Assembly: GCF_009914755.1 (NCBI RefSeq)
Contig: NC_060926.1
Length of the DNA: 64,000 nucleotides
Reading direction: 5' to 3' (one strand)
Source: the human T2T-CHM13v2.0 reference genome, Homo sapiens
Shown here one piece after another: positions 13,993 through 32,327 of the stretch (the stretch's first letter is position 1; each line of letters begins with the position of its first letter). The notes under the pieces were generated by a model that saw nothing but the letters and a program-made list of their open reading frames with translations, did not search any database and was not told the origin of the DNA. The position numbers were made by a program, and so were the translations under genes.

Positions 13993-14073
13993 TACACTGA
14001 TCTGCTTTTGTAATTCTAGCTAGTAAATAAGGAGTAAGAATCTGCTAAAACATATAATTAATAATCCGTTTAT

Positions 14074-14383
14074 GTCTGGGCGCAGTGGCTCACACCTGTA
14101 ATACCAGCACTTTGAGAGGTTGAGGGAGGCAGATTACTTGAGCCCAGGTGTTTGAGACCAGCTTGATCAACATGGCGAGACCCCATCTCTACAAAAAATA
14201 TGAAAATTAGCCAGATGTGATACTGCATGTCTGTAATCCAAGCTACTCGATAGAGTGAGGATCCCTTGTGCCCAGGAGGTCGAGGCTGCAGTGAGCTGTG
14301 ATTGCGCCACTACCCTCCAGCCTGGGTGACAGAGTGAAAGTGAGACCTTGTCTCTAAATAAATAAATAAGTAAATAAATAAAA
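14074..14383 (+). mobile_element. AluJ-type
   Basis: Sense Alu with (TAAA)n tail. Confidence 0.88.
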
Positions 14384-14519
14384 TCAGTTTATACTGAGCT
14401 TGGTCATGTACCACTGTAGCTTCACAAGCCTGAGGAATAGTCACCACAGCTATCTGCTTTGTGTCATAGGGGAAGCAGCAAAGTTGCGTGCACATGCACA
14501 CAGACCCACAATCTTTCAT

Positions 14520-14535
14520 ACACACACACAGACAG

Positions 14536-14571
<36 letters not shown>
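14520..14571. repeat. Compound (CA)n(TA)n microsatellite
   Basis: Visible directly. Confidence 0.9.
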
Positions 14572-14940
14572 TTGTTTATACCTGTGTATGTGTGTAAATA
14601 CATAGAGGGATTTGTAAGGATAGGATATAGGGATTAAATAAAATGCCATTTTATTTTATCAACGTTCAGTCACCATTTTGAGATTATGTTGTCTTACTCC
14701 AAATAGCTACCGAGGGGAACAGATAACGTGCTTGGTTATATAAGCTGTAATGCAAGCAATACAAATTTGTTTCTGATAATTCTTGTATTTAAGGTTGATT
14801 TTTACTTTCAATAATCTACTAAAGGAAAGCCTCCAAAGAATTAGTGAAACTAGTTTTCTGATAAGATATTCAACTATCATTTGTCAGTAGGGATTGATAA
14901 AATTTAACAGCTTGAAGATACTTAAATCATTTTAGAATAC

Positions 14941-15257
14941 ATTATTTATTTGTTTGTTTATTTATTTACTTACTTACAGAGTCTCCCTCTGTTGCCCAGG
15001 CAGGAGTGCAGTGGCATGCTCTTGGCTCACTGCAACCTCTGCCTCCCGTGCTCAAGTGGTGATTCTTCTGCCTCAGTCTCCCAAGTAGCTGGCACTACAG
15101 GCATGCACCACCACTCCTGGCTAATTTTTGCATTTTTAGTAGAGACAGCATTTTACCATGTTGGCCAGGCTGGTCTTGAACTCCTGACCTCAAGTGATAC
15201 GCCCACCTCGGCCTCCCAAAGTGTTGGGATTACAGGTGTGAGCCACCGGGCCCGGTC
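14941..15257 (-). mobile_element. Alu (AluS-type)
   Basis: Antisense Alu; TSD TAGAATAC. Confidence 0.92.
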
Positions 15258-15497
15258 TAGAATACTTTAAAAAAAAACAGATAAAGGAATTTTCCATTTC
15301 GTATTTTATATCAGATTTAGAACATGGAATTTACTTAAACTTTAATTCTGAATGAGTCAACTCTTTTTGTAGCTCTAAGAAGTGTTCCATAATAGTTTGT
15401 GTTCTAAAGTTATGGTCTTCAACTTACAGTTGAATTTAAAGGTATAATTTATAGAAGGCAATGCTTAAAGTTTATAAGAGAAAAAAGAAAGAATAAG

Positions 15498-15792
15498 ACT
15501 GGGCATGGTGGCTCATGCCTGTAATCCCAGCACTTTGGGCGACTGAGGCGGGCGGATCACCTGAGGTCAGGAGTTCGAGATCAGCCTGGGCAACTTGGTA
15601 AAACCCAGTCTCTACTGAAAATACAAAAGTTTGCCAGGCATAGTGGCACATGCCTGTAGTCCCAACTACTTGGGAGGCTGAGGTAGGAGAATCGCTTGAA
15701 CTGGGAGGCAGAGGTTGCAGTGAGGCAAGATCACACCACTGTACTCCAGCCTGGGCAACAGAGTGAGACTGTCTCAAAAAAAAAAAAAAAAA
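15498..15792 (+). mobile_element. Alu (AluS-type)
   Basis: TSD AAAAGAAAGAATAAGA. Confidence 0.92.
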
Positions 15793-16389
15793 GAAAGAAT
15801 AAGAAATTTTGTTTCCTTAGAAAGTTGTTATAATTTTTGCTTTCACACACTTGTTAAAAAAATCTATGAAAATCTAAAACTTATTATTGAAATTCAAGCT
15901 AACTCTGAATTAGCTATTTGTAAACATACTTTGTGGAGAAGGGAATGTTTTAACAAAGTAAAATAAAATAAAAAATAAAAAAGCTAAGAAAAACCCCTTT
16001 TAAAAGCATTACTAGTTATAATGAATAGTGAAAGGACTATTCTTGTGAATTCTAGTGAATGGCTAGTGAAATACTTGTAGTAACTAGTGAAATAAAAATG
16101 TAAGTTTAATGCTTTTTAGTTTTGAAAACATTAAAATCAGAAGTATTCAGTTATTCATAACTTACCAGTTGAAAAGTAGAAATTTTTGGGAATGTTTTAC
16201 ATAAGGATTATAATAAGTGATATTTAATATTTTTGATGTATTGTAGATTAGACTGCTGTACTGTTAATACAGTACTTCTTTTTCTTAGCTAAGTCTTTCC
16301 TTTAAAATTTATATAATGTTTTTGCATTTATTCTCGTTTTAAATAATAGTCTTGAGATTTTAGTTACTGGATCCATAATCAACATTTGA

Positions 16390-17762
16390 CATACTTGAAT
16401 TACCTTGTCTTTGAAATATTTGTCTTCCAGAATACCGCATTTGCCTGATTTTCCTGCTAGCCTTCTAGCTCTTTTTTTTTTCTTTTAAAATCTCTTTTGC
16501 AGCTTCCTTCTAATCCTCACAACATCTAAATGTTGGTGTACCCTTGAACTCTGTCCTCGATCTTCTTTTCTTCCTTTTTACAACTCACTTCCTAGTTGAT
16601 CTCATGTAATTCCTTGCATTTAAATACCATCTATATGGTAATGACTCCCAAATGTATATCTCCAAACTGGATTTCTCCCCTAAATTTCAGATACATATTT
16701 ATGACATACTGGAGATCCTGACTTAAATGTGTAAAAGGTATCAAAAATTGAATATGCCCAAAACTAAGTTCCTCATATATCTCCAAAACCTGTTCCCCCT
16801 GCATTTTTTCTCATCTCAGTTAGTGGCACCTCCATTCTTCCAGTTCATATCTTTTTGTTTTCTCCTACCCACATCCATTCCACCATCAAATCTTGCTGGG
16901 TCTGTTTTTAAAATATATCTAAAATTTGAACACTTCTCACCACCCCCAACTACTCTGTTTAGATCACCATCACCTCTCTCCTAGATTATAACATCCTCCT
17001 AACCGATGTCTCTGTTTCTGCTTTTCAGTCTGTTTTCAACACACAGCATCCAGAATGACTGTTAATGCATAACTCAGAAAATATATTCATGGCTTTCCAG
17101 TTCACTCCAGTGGCTTTCTGTGTCAGTCAGATTAATAGTTCTCTCCCTTACTTCGTCTACTCTAGCTAGACCCACTGGCCTTGTTGCTAATTTCTGAAAC
17201 ATTCCAGGGATCTTCAGGACCTGTATACTTGCTCTTGCCTCTTTCTCAATTCGTCTTACTCCAGATATGGCTAGCCTTTTCACTTCCTTAAAGTCTTTTG
17301 TTTTTTTTAATCACCTTCTCATTAGGCCTTCACCAGCTACCTCTCTAAAAGAATTCTCCATGTCCTGCTTTATGTTTTATATTTACAATTGACAATGTAT
17401 AATACAATAAACTATTTATTTAAAGTGTACAATTTGGTTAATTTTGGCTGGTGTACATGTCTGTGAAAACACCAGTACAGTCAAGAACCAGAACACGTTC
17501 CTCAGCCCCTAAATGGGGACTGTGTCCCTTTACAGTCATCCACAATTTGTGGACAACTGCTGGTCTGCCTTTTGTTACTTTAGTTGTTTTTCTTCTTGTT
17601 ACTTATTACTACCTAGCATGCTATTTTACTTATTAATCTTGTCAGTGCTCCAGATTAGCATTTAAGAGGACAAAGATTTTTTTTTTTTAATTGCTGCATC
17701 CTCACAGTCTTGGATGCCTCCCGGCACATGGTGTTCAGTTAATATTTCTTGAGTGGATAAAT
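16390..17762 (+). mobile_element. L2 3' region, interrupted by an old antisense L1 fragment (~17380-17585)
   Basis: tttaaataccatctatatg..tgactcccaaat and terminal ggcacatgg..aatatttcttgagtggat L2 motifs. Confidence 0.72.
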
Positions 17763-18139
17763 CACGTAACTCACTATAAAGCATCTCCTATGTGTCAGAC
17801 ACTACATAGGAGTTGAGGATGTATCAGTGAACAATACAGACAAGTTTATTATCTTATGGAGCTCACAGTGAAAGAAAGTTGTTAATAATTAGTGTAAGAA
17901 ATTTTATCAGAGATGGAAGAGCCTTACCAAAGCTCAAAAGATGGAATGGCTATCTTTACCCAGGAAGTTGAAGAAGGCAGTTCTTAAGAGGTGACATTTA
18001 CATATGATTTTTCCAACATCGTAAACTCTGTGATCCAGAGCTGAGAATCATGAAATAAGAACAACAAAAAAGTTGATACAGGCAAGATGGATTCTCTAGA
18101 GTTTATGAACATATCTTTGCATTTAATGCATAGATGTAT

Positions 18140-18437
18140 GACTGGGCGCAGTGACTCGTGCCTGTAATCCTGGCACTGTGGGAGGCTGAGGTAGGTGGAT
18201 CATTTGAGGTCAGGAGTTTGAGACCAGCCTGGCCAACCTGGTGAAACTCCGTCTCTACTAAAAAATACAAAAAAATTAGCTGGGGCTGGGTGTGGTGGCA
18301 TGCACCTGTAATCTCAGCTGCTTGGGAGGCTGAGGAACGAGAATCACTTGAACCCAGGAGGCGGAGGTTGCAGTGAGCCAAGATCACGCCATTCCACTCC
18401 AGCCTGGGTGACAGAGTGAGACCTTGTCTCAAACACA

Positions 18438-18486
<49 letters not shown>
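18140..18486 (+). mobile_element. Alu (AluS-type) with (CA)n tail
   Basis: Sense Alu; tail 18433-18486 is (CA)n. Confidence 0.92.
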
Positions 18487-18489
<3 letters not shown>

Positions 18490-18503
18490 ACCTTTGGCAG
18501 TGA

Positions 18504-18793
18504 TTTTTTTTTTTTTTTTTGAGATGGAGTCTTACTCTTGTTGCCCAGGCTGGAGTGCAGTGGCTCTCACCGCAATCTCTGCCTCCCAGGTTCAAGCAAT
18601 TCCCCTGCCTCAGCCTCCTGAGTAGCTGGGATTACAGGCATGCACCACCACGCCCAGCTAATTTTGTGTTTTTAGTAGAGACGGGGTTTCTCCATGTTGG
18701 TGAGGCTGGTCTTGAACTCCCGACCTCAGTTGATCCACCCGCCTGGGCCTCCCAAAGTGCTGGGATTACAGGAGTGAGCCACCGCACCCGGCC
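18504..18793 (-). mobile_element. Alu (AluSp/Sq-like)
   Basis: TSD CCTTTGGCAGTGATTT. Confidence 0.92.
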
Positions 18794-19074
18794 CCTTTGG
18801 CAGTGATTTAGTACAAGTCCCTAGTGATTGCCATTTCTTTCTCACCACCTCCCACAATGTTGATTTTCCATTTTTTCAGCCCGCTGTCAGTAAGAAGTAG
18901 CAAGAAGTAAATTGGCAGAAAAGCTATTATAAGCAAAAGGAAGATTCACTTAGCTAGTGATTCAAAGCATCACTATATGTCAGACTCATCTGAGGAGCTT
19001 AAAAAGAAATTAAGATGCCCAGACCCCATCTCAAAGTAAGTGGCTTTACTTTAATTTGAGTGAAGGAAGATTTC

Positions 19075-19920
19075 TTCTCTGAGGTGAGCTGAGCTTTGAA
19101 TGACAAGAAGGAGGCAGCCCCAGGAAGATCTGGGGGCACAAAATACAGGCAGAGGGAGCAACCAAGGCAAGAAATTAGCCTTGTTAAGAATTTTAAGTGT
19201 AATGGGAAGCCATTAGAGGGTTTTAAACAAGGAAAGATGTGATGTGACTTATATTCTAATAGGATTGCCTTGATTCACCTATGGAGAATGGATTTCTGGG
19301 ATCTCAGTACTGGGATACTGAGATCCCAGGGGGAAAATATCACTAAGGTTGGAATTGCTTTTCTGCACATTAAAAGCAATTCTCTTTTTCCTTGAAACCT
19401 CCATGTGATGTTAATTAGGTAAATGGGATTTCAAGGAAAAAAAAAATACAAAACAACAAAAAGAAAAACTGTTATCCTTCATTCTCTTAATAAGATGAGG
19501 TATTCAGAAATGAATGGAGCCAATATTAATATTCCACTCCAAAAAATAGTAGAAATGAGTTTACATGGACTTCTCACAATCTCCATTCCACATTTCCATC
19601 TCTGTTTCTCATTTATGACAGGTCCCTTCCTTTAAAAACTTTTTTTATTATAATATGTTCCAAAACTTGTTTGTCAAACCTAGGGATAACTAATAAAAAT
19701 CAGTATTGTAGGGGGAAAAAAGTGAAAGCAGGAGGCCACTTACTGGGCTCTCACAGTGGTCCAGGTGAGATAACGGCATGGAAATAGAGGTAATTTTAAG
19801 GAAGTGAAGTGAGCAGGTAGAGTGTATGTTTTGAATATGGGTGAGTTGCTTTGAGTTGACTTGGAAGGGATGTAGAGAATGAGAGAAAGTGAGGAATTGG
19901 GGGTAACACCTTGTTTTTTC
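19075..19920 (-). mobile_element. Antisense L2 fragment split by a ~410-bp non-L2 insert (~19295-19705)
   Basis: aatgggaagccattagagggttttaa..tggagaatggatt resumes as gtagggg..gtggtccaggtgaga. Confidence 0.65.
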
Positions 19921-20660
19921 TTGTAAGACTATGTTAGCATAATTTGGTAATTCTAGTCATTGTTAAAACAGTCTTATTGCAGTGTTGACTGTCTAACATA
20001 CAACTTGAGTTTTCTGGTAGCTATAATTACCCCTTCCACTTGGGGAAAAATATGAAAGAAATCATTTAACATTTGGCAGTTAAGAAGATGTTGTTTGTGC
20101 TGAAGTAATTTTATTTTTAAAACTCTCAACTTACAGAGAGATGCACTTGAGATTACTGAACATAAATTTTTTATAGACTTTAAAAGAAAATCATTGTTTC
20201 TTATGATGTGCCCTTTCTTATGTATACTATACCCAATAAAATGATTTAAAGAGGAGGAGAGAAAAAGATGAGTGTCTTTGCAGATTCATTGACCCTGTGA
20301 GAATAGGGCTTTGGCACTGCTGAAGTCCTCAGCCTCTGACTAGTAGCTTGCCAGCACGCAGCCCCTGGTGTTGGACTTCGTTCAGCTGTTCAGGCTGTCT
20401 GTTTCTATTCTTGCAGACAGATGGGGTGCTTGAGAGGAAGCCAGGAAGCCAAGCCTTAAGAGGACTTGGAAGCAATTTTTGGATATAAATCCCTTGTCCT
20501 AAACTCAGGGCAACAGTGTATCCTGCCCAGCAGTGTTGAACTGCCTGTGTTTGTCTAGTATGTGTGTACTGGCTGGTTGGCTCTGGGCTTCATTCCATGT
20601 ATGCCACTGCTCTATTGCCAAGATAAATGTAGAAGGCCTCTGGCCCAAGCCCTTCTTTAG

Positions 20661-21032
<372 letters not shown>

Positions 21033-21100
21033 ATTTCAGCAGTTTTTAAGTGTACAGTCCAGTGGTATTAAGTACAGCCCAGTGGTATTAAGTACAGATG

Positions 21101-21254
21101 GTTTTCTTTTTTAAGAGATGGCAGTCTTGCCACCCAGGCTGGAGTACAGTGGCATGATCATAGCTTACTGTAGCCTCAAGTCCTGGGCTCAAGCAGTCCT
21201 CCTGCCTCCACCTCCCAAAGCACTCGGATTACAGATGAGCCACTGCATCCAACC
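21101..21254 (-). mobile_element. Alu monomer (FRAM-like)
   Basis: Single diverged arm. Confidence 0.75.
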
Positions 21255-22000
21255 CATTCATGATGTTGTATAACCATCACCACTATTTGCAGATCTTTCT
21301 TTTTTAAATCCCAAACAGAAATTCAGTACACATTAAACAATAATTCCCAATTTCCATCTCTTCAGCCCCTGGTAACCTCTTTTCTACTTTTTTCTCTGTG
21401 TATTTGCCTATTCTAGGTACCTCATATAAATAGAACCACACAATATTTGTCCTTTTGTGTCTGGTTTATTTTACACATAGTGTCTTCAACTTTTATCGTT
21501 GTTGTAGTACATATCAGGATTTCATTCCTTTTAAAGGCTGAATAATATTCCATTGTGTACATATACCACATTTTGTTTATCCATTTATCTGTTGATGGAT
21601 ATTTGAGTTGTTTCCACCTTTTGGCTCTTGTGACTAATCTGCTGTGAACATGGGTATACAAATATCTATTTTAGTCTCTGTTTTTAATTCTTTTGGGTAT
21701 ATACTAGGAGTGGACTTGTTGGATCATACGGTAATTCTATGTTTTAACTTTTTAAGGAACTGACAAACTATTTTCTACAGCAGTTGCTCAATTTTACGGT
21801 TTTTTGCAGTACATGAAGTTTCCAGTTTCTGTACATCCTCACTAACACTTGTTAGTTTCTGGGTTTTTTTTTTTTTTCTTTTTTTTTTTTGATAGTTGTC
21901 ATCCGAATGTATATAAAGTGGTATCTCATTTAGTTTTGAGTTGAAGTCCTTAATGATTAGAGATGTTGAACATCTTTTTATGTGCTTATTGGGTTTGCCC

Positions 22001-22359
22001 TTTTTGTTTGTTTTTTTGAGACAAGAGTCTTGCTCCATCTCCCAGGCCGGAGTGCAGTGGTGCAATCTTGGCTCACTGAAACCTCCGCCTCCCAAGTTCA
22101 AGTCATTCTCTTGCTCAGCATCCTGAGTAGCTGGGATTACAGGCACACACCACCACACCTGGCTAATTTTTGTATTTTTAGTAGAGACAGGGTTTCACCA
22201 CTTTTGGCCAGGCTGGTCTTGAACGCCTGACCTCAGGCAATCTACCTGCCTTGGCCTCCCAAAGTGCTGGGATTACATGCGTGAGCCACGATGCCCGGCC
22301 AGGTTTGCCCATTTTCAAAAATCTTTTTTGTTTTTCTTTCTTTTCTTTTTGTCTCTCTT

Positions 22360-22391
<32 letters not shown>

Positions 22392-22676
22392 TTCGAGACA
22401 GGGTCTTGCTCTATCGCCCAAGCTGGAGTGCAGTGGCACAATCTCGGCTCACTGCAACCTCTGCCTCCCAAGCTCCAGTGTTCCTCCCACCTCAGCCACC
22501 TGAGTAGCTGGGACTACAGGTGCAAGCTACCATGCCTGGTTAATTTTTTATATTTTTTGTAGAGACGGGGTTTTGCCATGTTGCCCAGGCTGGTCTTGAA
22601 CTCCTGGGCTGAAGCAAGCCACTGCCTCGGCCTTGCAAAGTGCTGGGATTATAAGCATGAGCCACTGAACCCAGCC
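22001..22676 (-). mobile_element. Two adjacent antisense Alus (22001-22300 AluS; 22323-22676 AluJ)
   Basis: Two dimeric Alu consensus matches. Confidence 0.9.
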
Positions 22677-23553
22677 TCTTTTTTTTTTTTTTTCCTACAC
22701 CAAACACCTGAACTCATTTTATGCACTTTTATTGTTTTTTTTGTTGTTGAGTTGTAGGAGTTTTTTTAAATGTATTCAGGATATCAATCACATATTAGAT
22801 ATATGGATTTGCAAATATTTTCTCCCGGTCTGGGTTTTCACTCCCCTCCAGATCATATCCTTTGATGCATAAAAGTTTTAAATTTTGATGTGGTCCAGTT
22901 TATTTTTACTTTTGTTGCCTGTGCTTTTGGTATCCTATCCAAGAAGTCATTGCCAAATCCAATGTCATGAAACTTTTCCTCTCTGTTTTCTACTAAGGGT
23001 TCTATAGTTTTCACTCTTAGGCTTAGGTCTTTGATCCACTCGAGTTAATTTTTTCATATGATATGAGGCCATTCTTAACATTTTGTATGGATTTTTAAAA
23101 AATGATTTATGCTACTAGGGAAACAGAAAAAAGGACTTCTGAACTTGAAGCTGATAAGTTGTAAATTTATCATGTTTCTGAATTTTCTAGATAACTCTGT
23201 ATAATTAATTAAACAGAGCTCTTATCACCCAAGACATTAATGAGTGGTAGTCTCTAGGAACCAGCTCAGATTAACTGCCAAATAAGCTAAACTTCCTTTT
23301 TATTGCCAGAGTTATTAACCTAAGTGGATTATAAGTCAATAACAGAGGAAATATATCTGAATTTTAATGAGCCATTTTATAGTCTTGTGGATACAGTACA
23401 AAAGCCTGAACTGAATTATGATAAACCTAGTGAATGTAACAGTGTTGATCACAAAATTAGTTTGATCTTTGATCCTGTGATACTGGCCTCCGTCCACACA
23501 CACACTTCTTAGTCTAAAGAAAACAGCCTAGTCTTCTTAGAATATCATTTAAA

Positions 23554-24229
<676 letters not shown>

Positions 24230-24928
24230 GTCTGACTTTATGTGGAGGTAAGATCATGGGTAGCAGGCCCATACGCATCTTTTCAGGTACTTCCGTCTTC
24301 CCAACACATGTATATTGATGAAAGGTGGATTCTTATTTTCCCTGCTTAGGTCACATGGCACATGGCTACCCAGGGGGAAGTCACTGTTCATTGGAATTAG
24401 GGTAATTTAGGGAAGGTATAAATTGACAGCTGATACCACAGGGAATAAGTGAGGAGCAGTTCACCAAAGGAATTAGGCATGCTGGACAAACAAAACCAAT
24501 ATGATACAAAGGTACTTTTGTCAAAATAAAAAACTAAAAGTAGTACTTTGTTACTAACTAAACTCCAGATTTTATTTCTATTTCAGCAGTTTTTCCATTA
24601 ATATTCCCTTTCTGTTCCAGGATTAAATCCAAGCTACCACTAAATTGCTAACAAGCTAAATTGCACTTACTTATCATGTCTCCCAATCATGTCAGATCAC
24701 TGTTTCAGTTTTTAATGAGCATTATGGTTATTTTCCGGCTTTATTGGGATATAGTTGGCAAATTCAAATGGCATATATTTAAGGCGTAAAAAAACTCGAT
24801 GTTTTGATATATATGTACATTATGAAATGACCTTGACAGTCTTGAAGAATACTAGCCAAGTATCCTATAGTGTGTCCTCTAATCTGTGCTTGTCTGTTGT
24901 TTTTCTCATGGTTAGATTGGTTTATAGG

Positions 24929-25796
<868 letters not shown>

Positions 25797-26119
25797 GTGG
25801 ATTTTGGGAAAGAGCACAACAGAGGTGAAGTAGCTTTCTTGTCACACCATGTTAGGCGATAGATGCAATCCACATGTCATCACTGTTGATGTTAACCTTT
25901 ACCACTTGGTTAAGGTAGTGTTTATCAGATGTATCCACTGAAAAGTTACTATTTTTCTCTCTCCCAACTCAGTTCTTCAGAATTTGCTTTTTTATTATTG
26001 TAGAAACAAGTCACTCCAGCCCGCACTCAAGAGGAGGGAAGATTGGCTCTACATTTTGAAGGAGGTGTCAGAGAATTTGTGAACATATTCTAAATCTCTA
26101 CAATACACTCTTCAGCCAC

Positions 26120-27460
<1,341 letters not shown>

Positions 27461-28064
27461 CTCTTGAGATATTTATTAGGAGTTTGGAAATTTGAGTCTT
27501 TGTTACAGTGGTGTAGACTTGGCAAAATGAGAGGTCTGGGAGTCTTCAGCATTTGTTCAGTGGAATTGAAGAGATTGAGGAGCAGAAGGAAAGCTAAGGG
27601 TGGAGCTTTGAGAAATGTGTATCTTTAATAAGCAAATGAAAAAAGACTGAGAGAGACAAAGTTGGAGGGGGTCAAAGACAGATTGGAGAAATGGAAAGTA
27701 CAGGATCAGAGAAGTATTGACAGTGGCCTGGCCTCCTCACTTTCTTAACATGGTTGGTTTGGTGGAAAGTTTTCCAGTTTCTCTTCATAATAAACTCTTT
27801 GAGTCAAGCAGATTAATACCTTTTATATCTTAATGTTTATATCATTAGCTTTTGTATTAAGCTGAAGAATGGAAACACCACTCCAGAGGCAAAGTTGGAG
27901 GGCAAGTCTATATAACTTTGCCCTGTATAACCATAAAGAATACCATGGAAAAGAATATTACATGCTTAAAGTCATACATGCTTTCAAAAATTGGCTTGTC
28001 TTTTTGTTGTTGAAGTTTCACAGTGTTTTAATCACTGTGTTTTTAACATCAGGGTTAAACTCTC

Positions 28065-28320
28065 TAACAGATACTTGATTTGTGTTTTCTTCTGTAGAAT
28101 GTCTTTTCACTTTCTCGATAATGCTCTTTGATGTACAAAGGTTTTTAATTTTTATAAACTCCTATTTTTTTTGTTTGTGCTTTGGCATCAAATCTAAGAA
28201 TCCATTGCCAAATCTGATTCATGAAGATTTACCCCTATGTAGATCTTATATTTAGATTGTTGATCTACTTGGAATCAGTTTTTATATAGGGAGTAAGGTA
28301 GGGGTTGAATGAATTTTCTT
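28065..28320 (-). mobile_element. Old L1 fragment
   Basis: Same L1 segment as 22800-23060 (ttgccaaatc..catgaa). Confidence 0.6.
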
Positions 28321-29126
28321 GTTTCATTTTATTTTAGAGTGTGGGAATCCCAACTGGTGAATATATGTCTGTTCTTATACATTGAGGGCAGATAGTATAC
28401 AATCGTATACAATACAGGTTTTAGGAGATTTTCTATAATGTAGTTTTTAACTCCTCTGTCAGACTCTTAAGAAAATTGCTTGACCCTAGTTCCTGGAATT
28501 TGGTTTTGCTCCTTTTTTTTTTTCTTTTGAATTTTGATTATAAAGAAGGATAGTTCTAGAAACTATAAGTTAGATATTTTAGCATGAGTCTTCTAATATT
28601 ATTTACCGGCGCTTCTTTTTTTTTTTTTTTTTTTTTTACATGAAGCCGAGGCCAGTGTATGTTGAGGCACTTGGTAAACAAACAAATCATAAGGGTAAAG
28701 TATTTTTAACAATGTTTGGATGTTGTCTTTGGAATGTGTTTTAATTCTAGTTTCACCATTTTTTTTTTTTTGGCCAAATCAATAGCTGCATATCACTTTT
28801 TTTTTAAAACAATTAATTGGAAATACTTCTGAATAAAATGATTTTTGTAAATTCATACTTTGCACCCCCTCTACTTTAGTAGAAATGATAGATAAATGTA
28901 GAAATTGAAAAGACTTAGCCACATTAAGGAAAGATCAACATGTCTGTGAACCTGAAATGGAATCAAAAGAGTGAGGTGATGAGTGAGGCTTAAAGCCAGG
29001 GATCGTTTAGAGTCCAATGTAAGTGCTAGTCGCTGAGTTTCATTCCTAAGTAGTAAGGGAAGTAAATGTACTTCATGGACACCATTTATATAAAGCTTTT
29101 CAGAATATCCAGTTCACTTTAAAAAT

Positions 29127-29407
<281 letters not shown>

Positions 29408-29596
29408 GCATGAGAATGCAAACACAAAATTTAGAATAGTAGGTACCCCTGAGGAGTGGAAAATGGAAAATGGAATAAGGGAAGACATAGTAGCCTTTAA
29501 CACTGTATGTAAACATTTGTTAAACTTAAATCCAAAACAAAGAGAAAAACTGAATGTGTGTATTGTGAGGAAGAAGAGGTACCCACAGGAATTTAG

Positions 29597-29951
<355 letters not shown>

Positions 29952-30371
29952 TATTGTGGAATTTATGTGGTAGAAAATTAGAAACAACTGAATGTCCAAT
30001 AATAGGGAATGAATGGGAGGAAAGGGAAGAACAGGAGAATACAATGGTTATATCTACTCTATGGAATACTCTACAGTCATTTAAAAAAAATCAGTGTTGT
30101 TACAGACCAATATTGGAAAATGTTTATGAAATAATGTTCAGTGGAAGTAAAAGCAAGATACAGAATTGCATACATAGTATAATCTAAATTTTAAAAAAAT
30201 GTTAATTGTGGTAAACTACATATAATACCATTAAAAACATTTTGGTATATTCACAATGTTGTTCAACCATCATAATCCAAATTTAATAAATAAATATTTT
30301 GCATAGGAAAAAGTACCAAAAGAAAATACATGAAAAGTGTTCACGGTGATGAAAGGTGTTCACGGTGATGA

Positions 30372-30563
<192 letters not shown>

Positions 30564-31111
30564 TAATTGCAAGCCTAGTAAATTCCATTATAATATATGT
30601 GATTATACTCTGTAGAGTAGTATACTATATATACATCCTTTGCTATTGATAGTTACATTCCAACAAAGTTAAACTGGAATTTTGTATTGAATCTTTCAGG
30701 AGGAACTTTGAAGTTGTTTATGAATATCTCCAAATATCTTTTTTGGGGCTTATATAAATTAAAAGTTACACAAGACCTTTTCGACCTAGTTAGTCTCTTA
30801 AGAGTGTTCTTTGTTTATAGGCTTCTGTAAATATGTAATGTAATGTTACCTTATGTAATTAATGTAAGCTACCTTATTTTGAAAATTCAGAATATTTGCC
30901 TTATAAGATTTTTTTTCTATACAAATTTATCTGATGCCATCGGACCTGTAATTTCTTTTTCTCTCCACTCAGGTTTAAAAATTCAAAATAATTGGTACAT
31001 ATAGGTAGTTTACAAGAAGCAGTCATTAATGCTATTATAAGTTCTGTTCTTTATTTCTTAGTGAACTAGAATTTTCCTGTTTCCTGTGCAATCTTGATGC
31101 TTAAAAGAAAA

Positions 31112-31726
<615 letters not shown>

Positions 31727-31858
31727 TCAACCCCAAAGGCAGAAAGTAGAGAACGGATGCTAAGTCAATAATAAAAAAATACTAATGTCATTTGCTTTCT
31801 GACAGGTAAGTAAAAGATGACTGGGGATACACTGTTTTTTTGTGTGTCTGTGTTTTAA

Positions 31859-32230
<372 letters not shown>

Positions 32231-32327
32231 TAGTAGAAGGTAGAGCCAGAATTCAGACACAGGCCTCTCTGATTCCAGTCAGACTTTATATAAAACTCAG
32301 CAACCCATCCAGCTACCTGTTGCTGTA

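Noticed and set aside
16024-16093. Cluster of TAGTGAA motifs
   Set aside because: Short, irregularly spaced, in AT-rich sequence; cannot be distinguished from chance or slippage
20270-20650. GC-richer unique segment with acceptor-like ttctattcttgcAG
   Set aside because: No convincing donor or ORF; enhancer or exon status cannot be supported from sequence alone
21051-21096. 20-bp tandem duplication GTACAG(T/C)CCAGTGGTATTAA
   Set aside because: Ordinary local duplication in an old L1
28605-28700. Poly-T run as the tail of a processed pseudogene
   Set aside because: No recognisable TSD, poly(A) signal or ORF
30331-30371. 19-bp tandem duplication TGAAA(A/G)GTGTTCACGGTGA
   Set aside because: Ordinary local duplication next to an Alu tail
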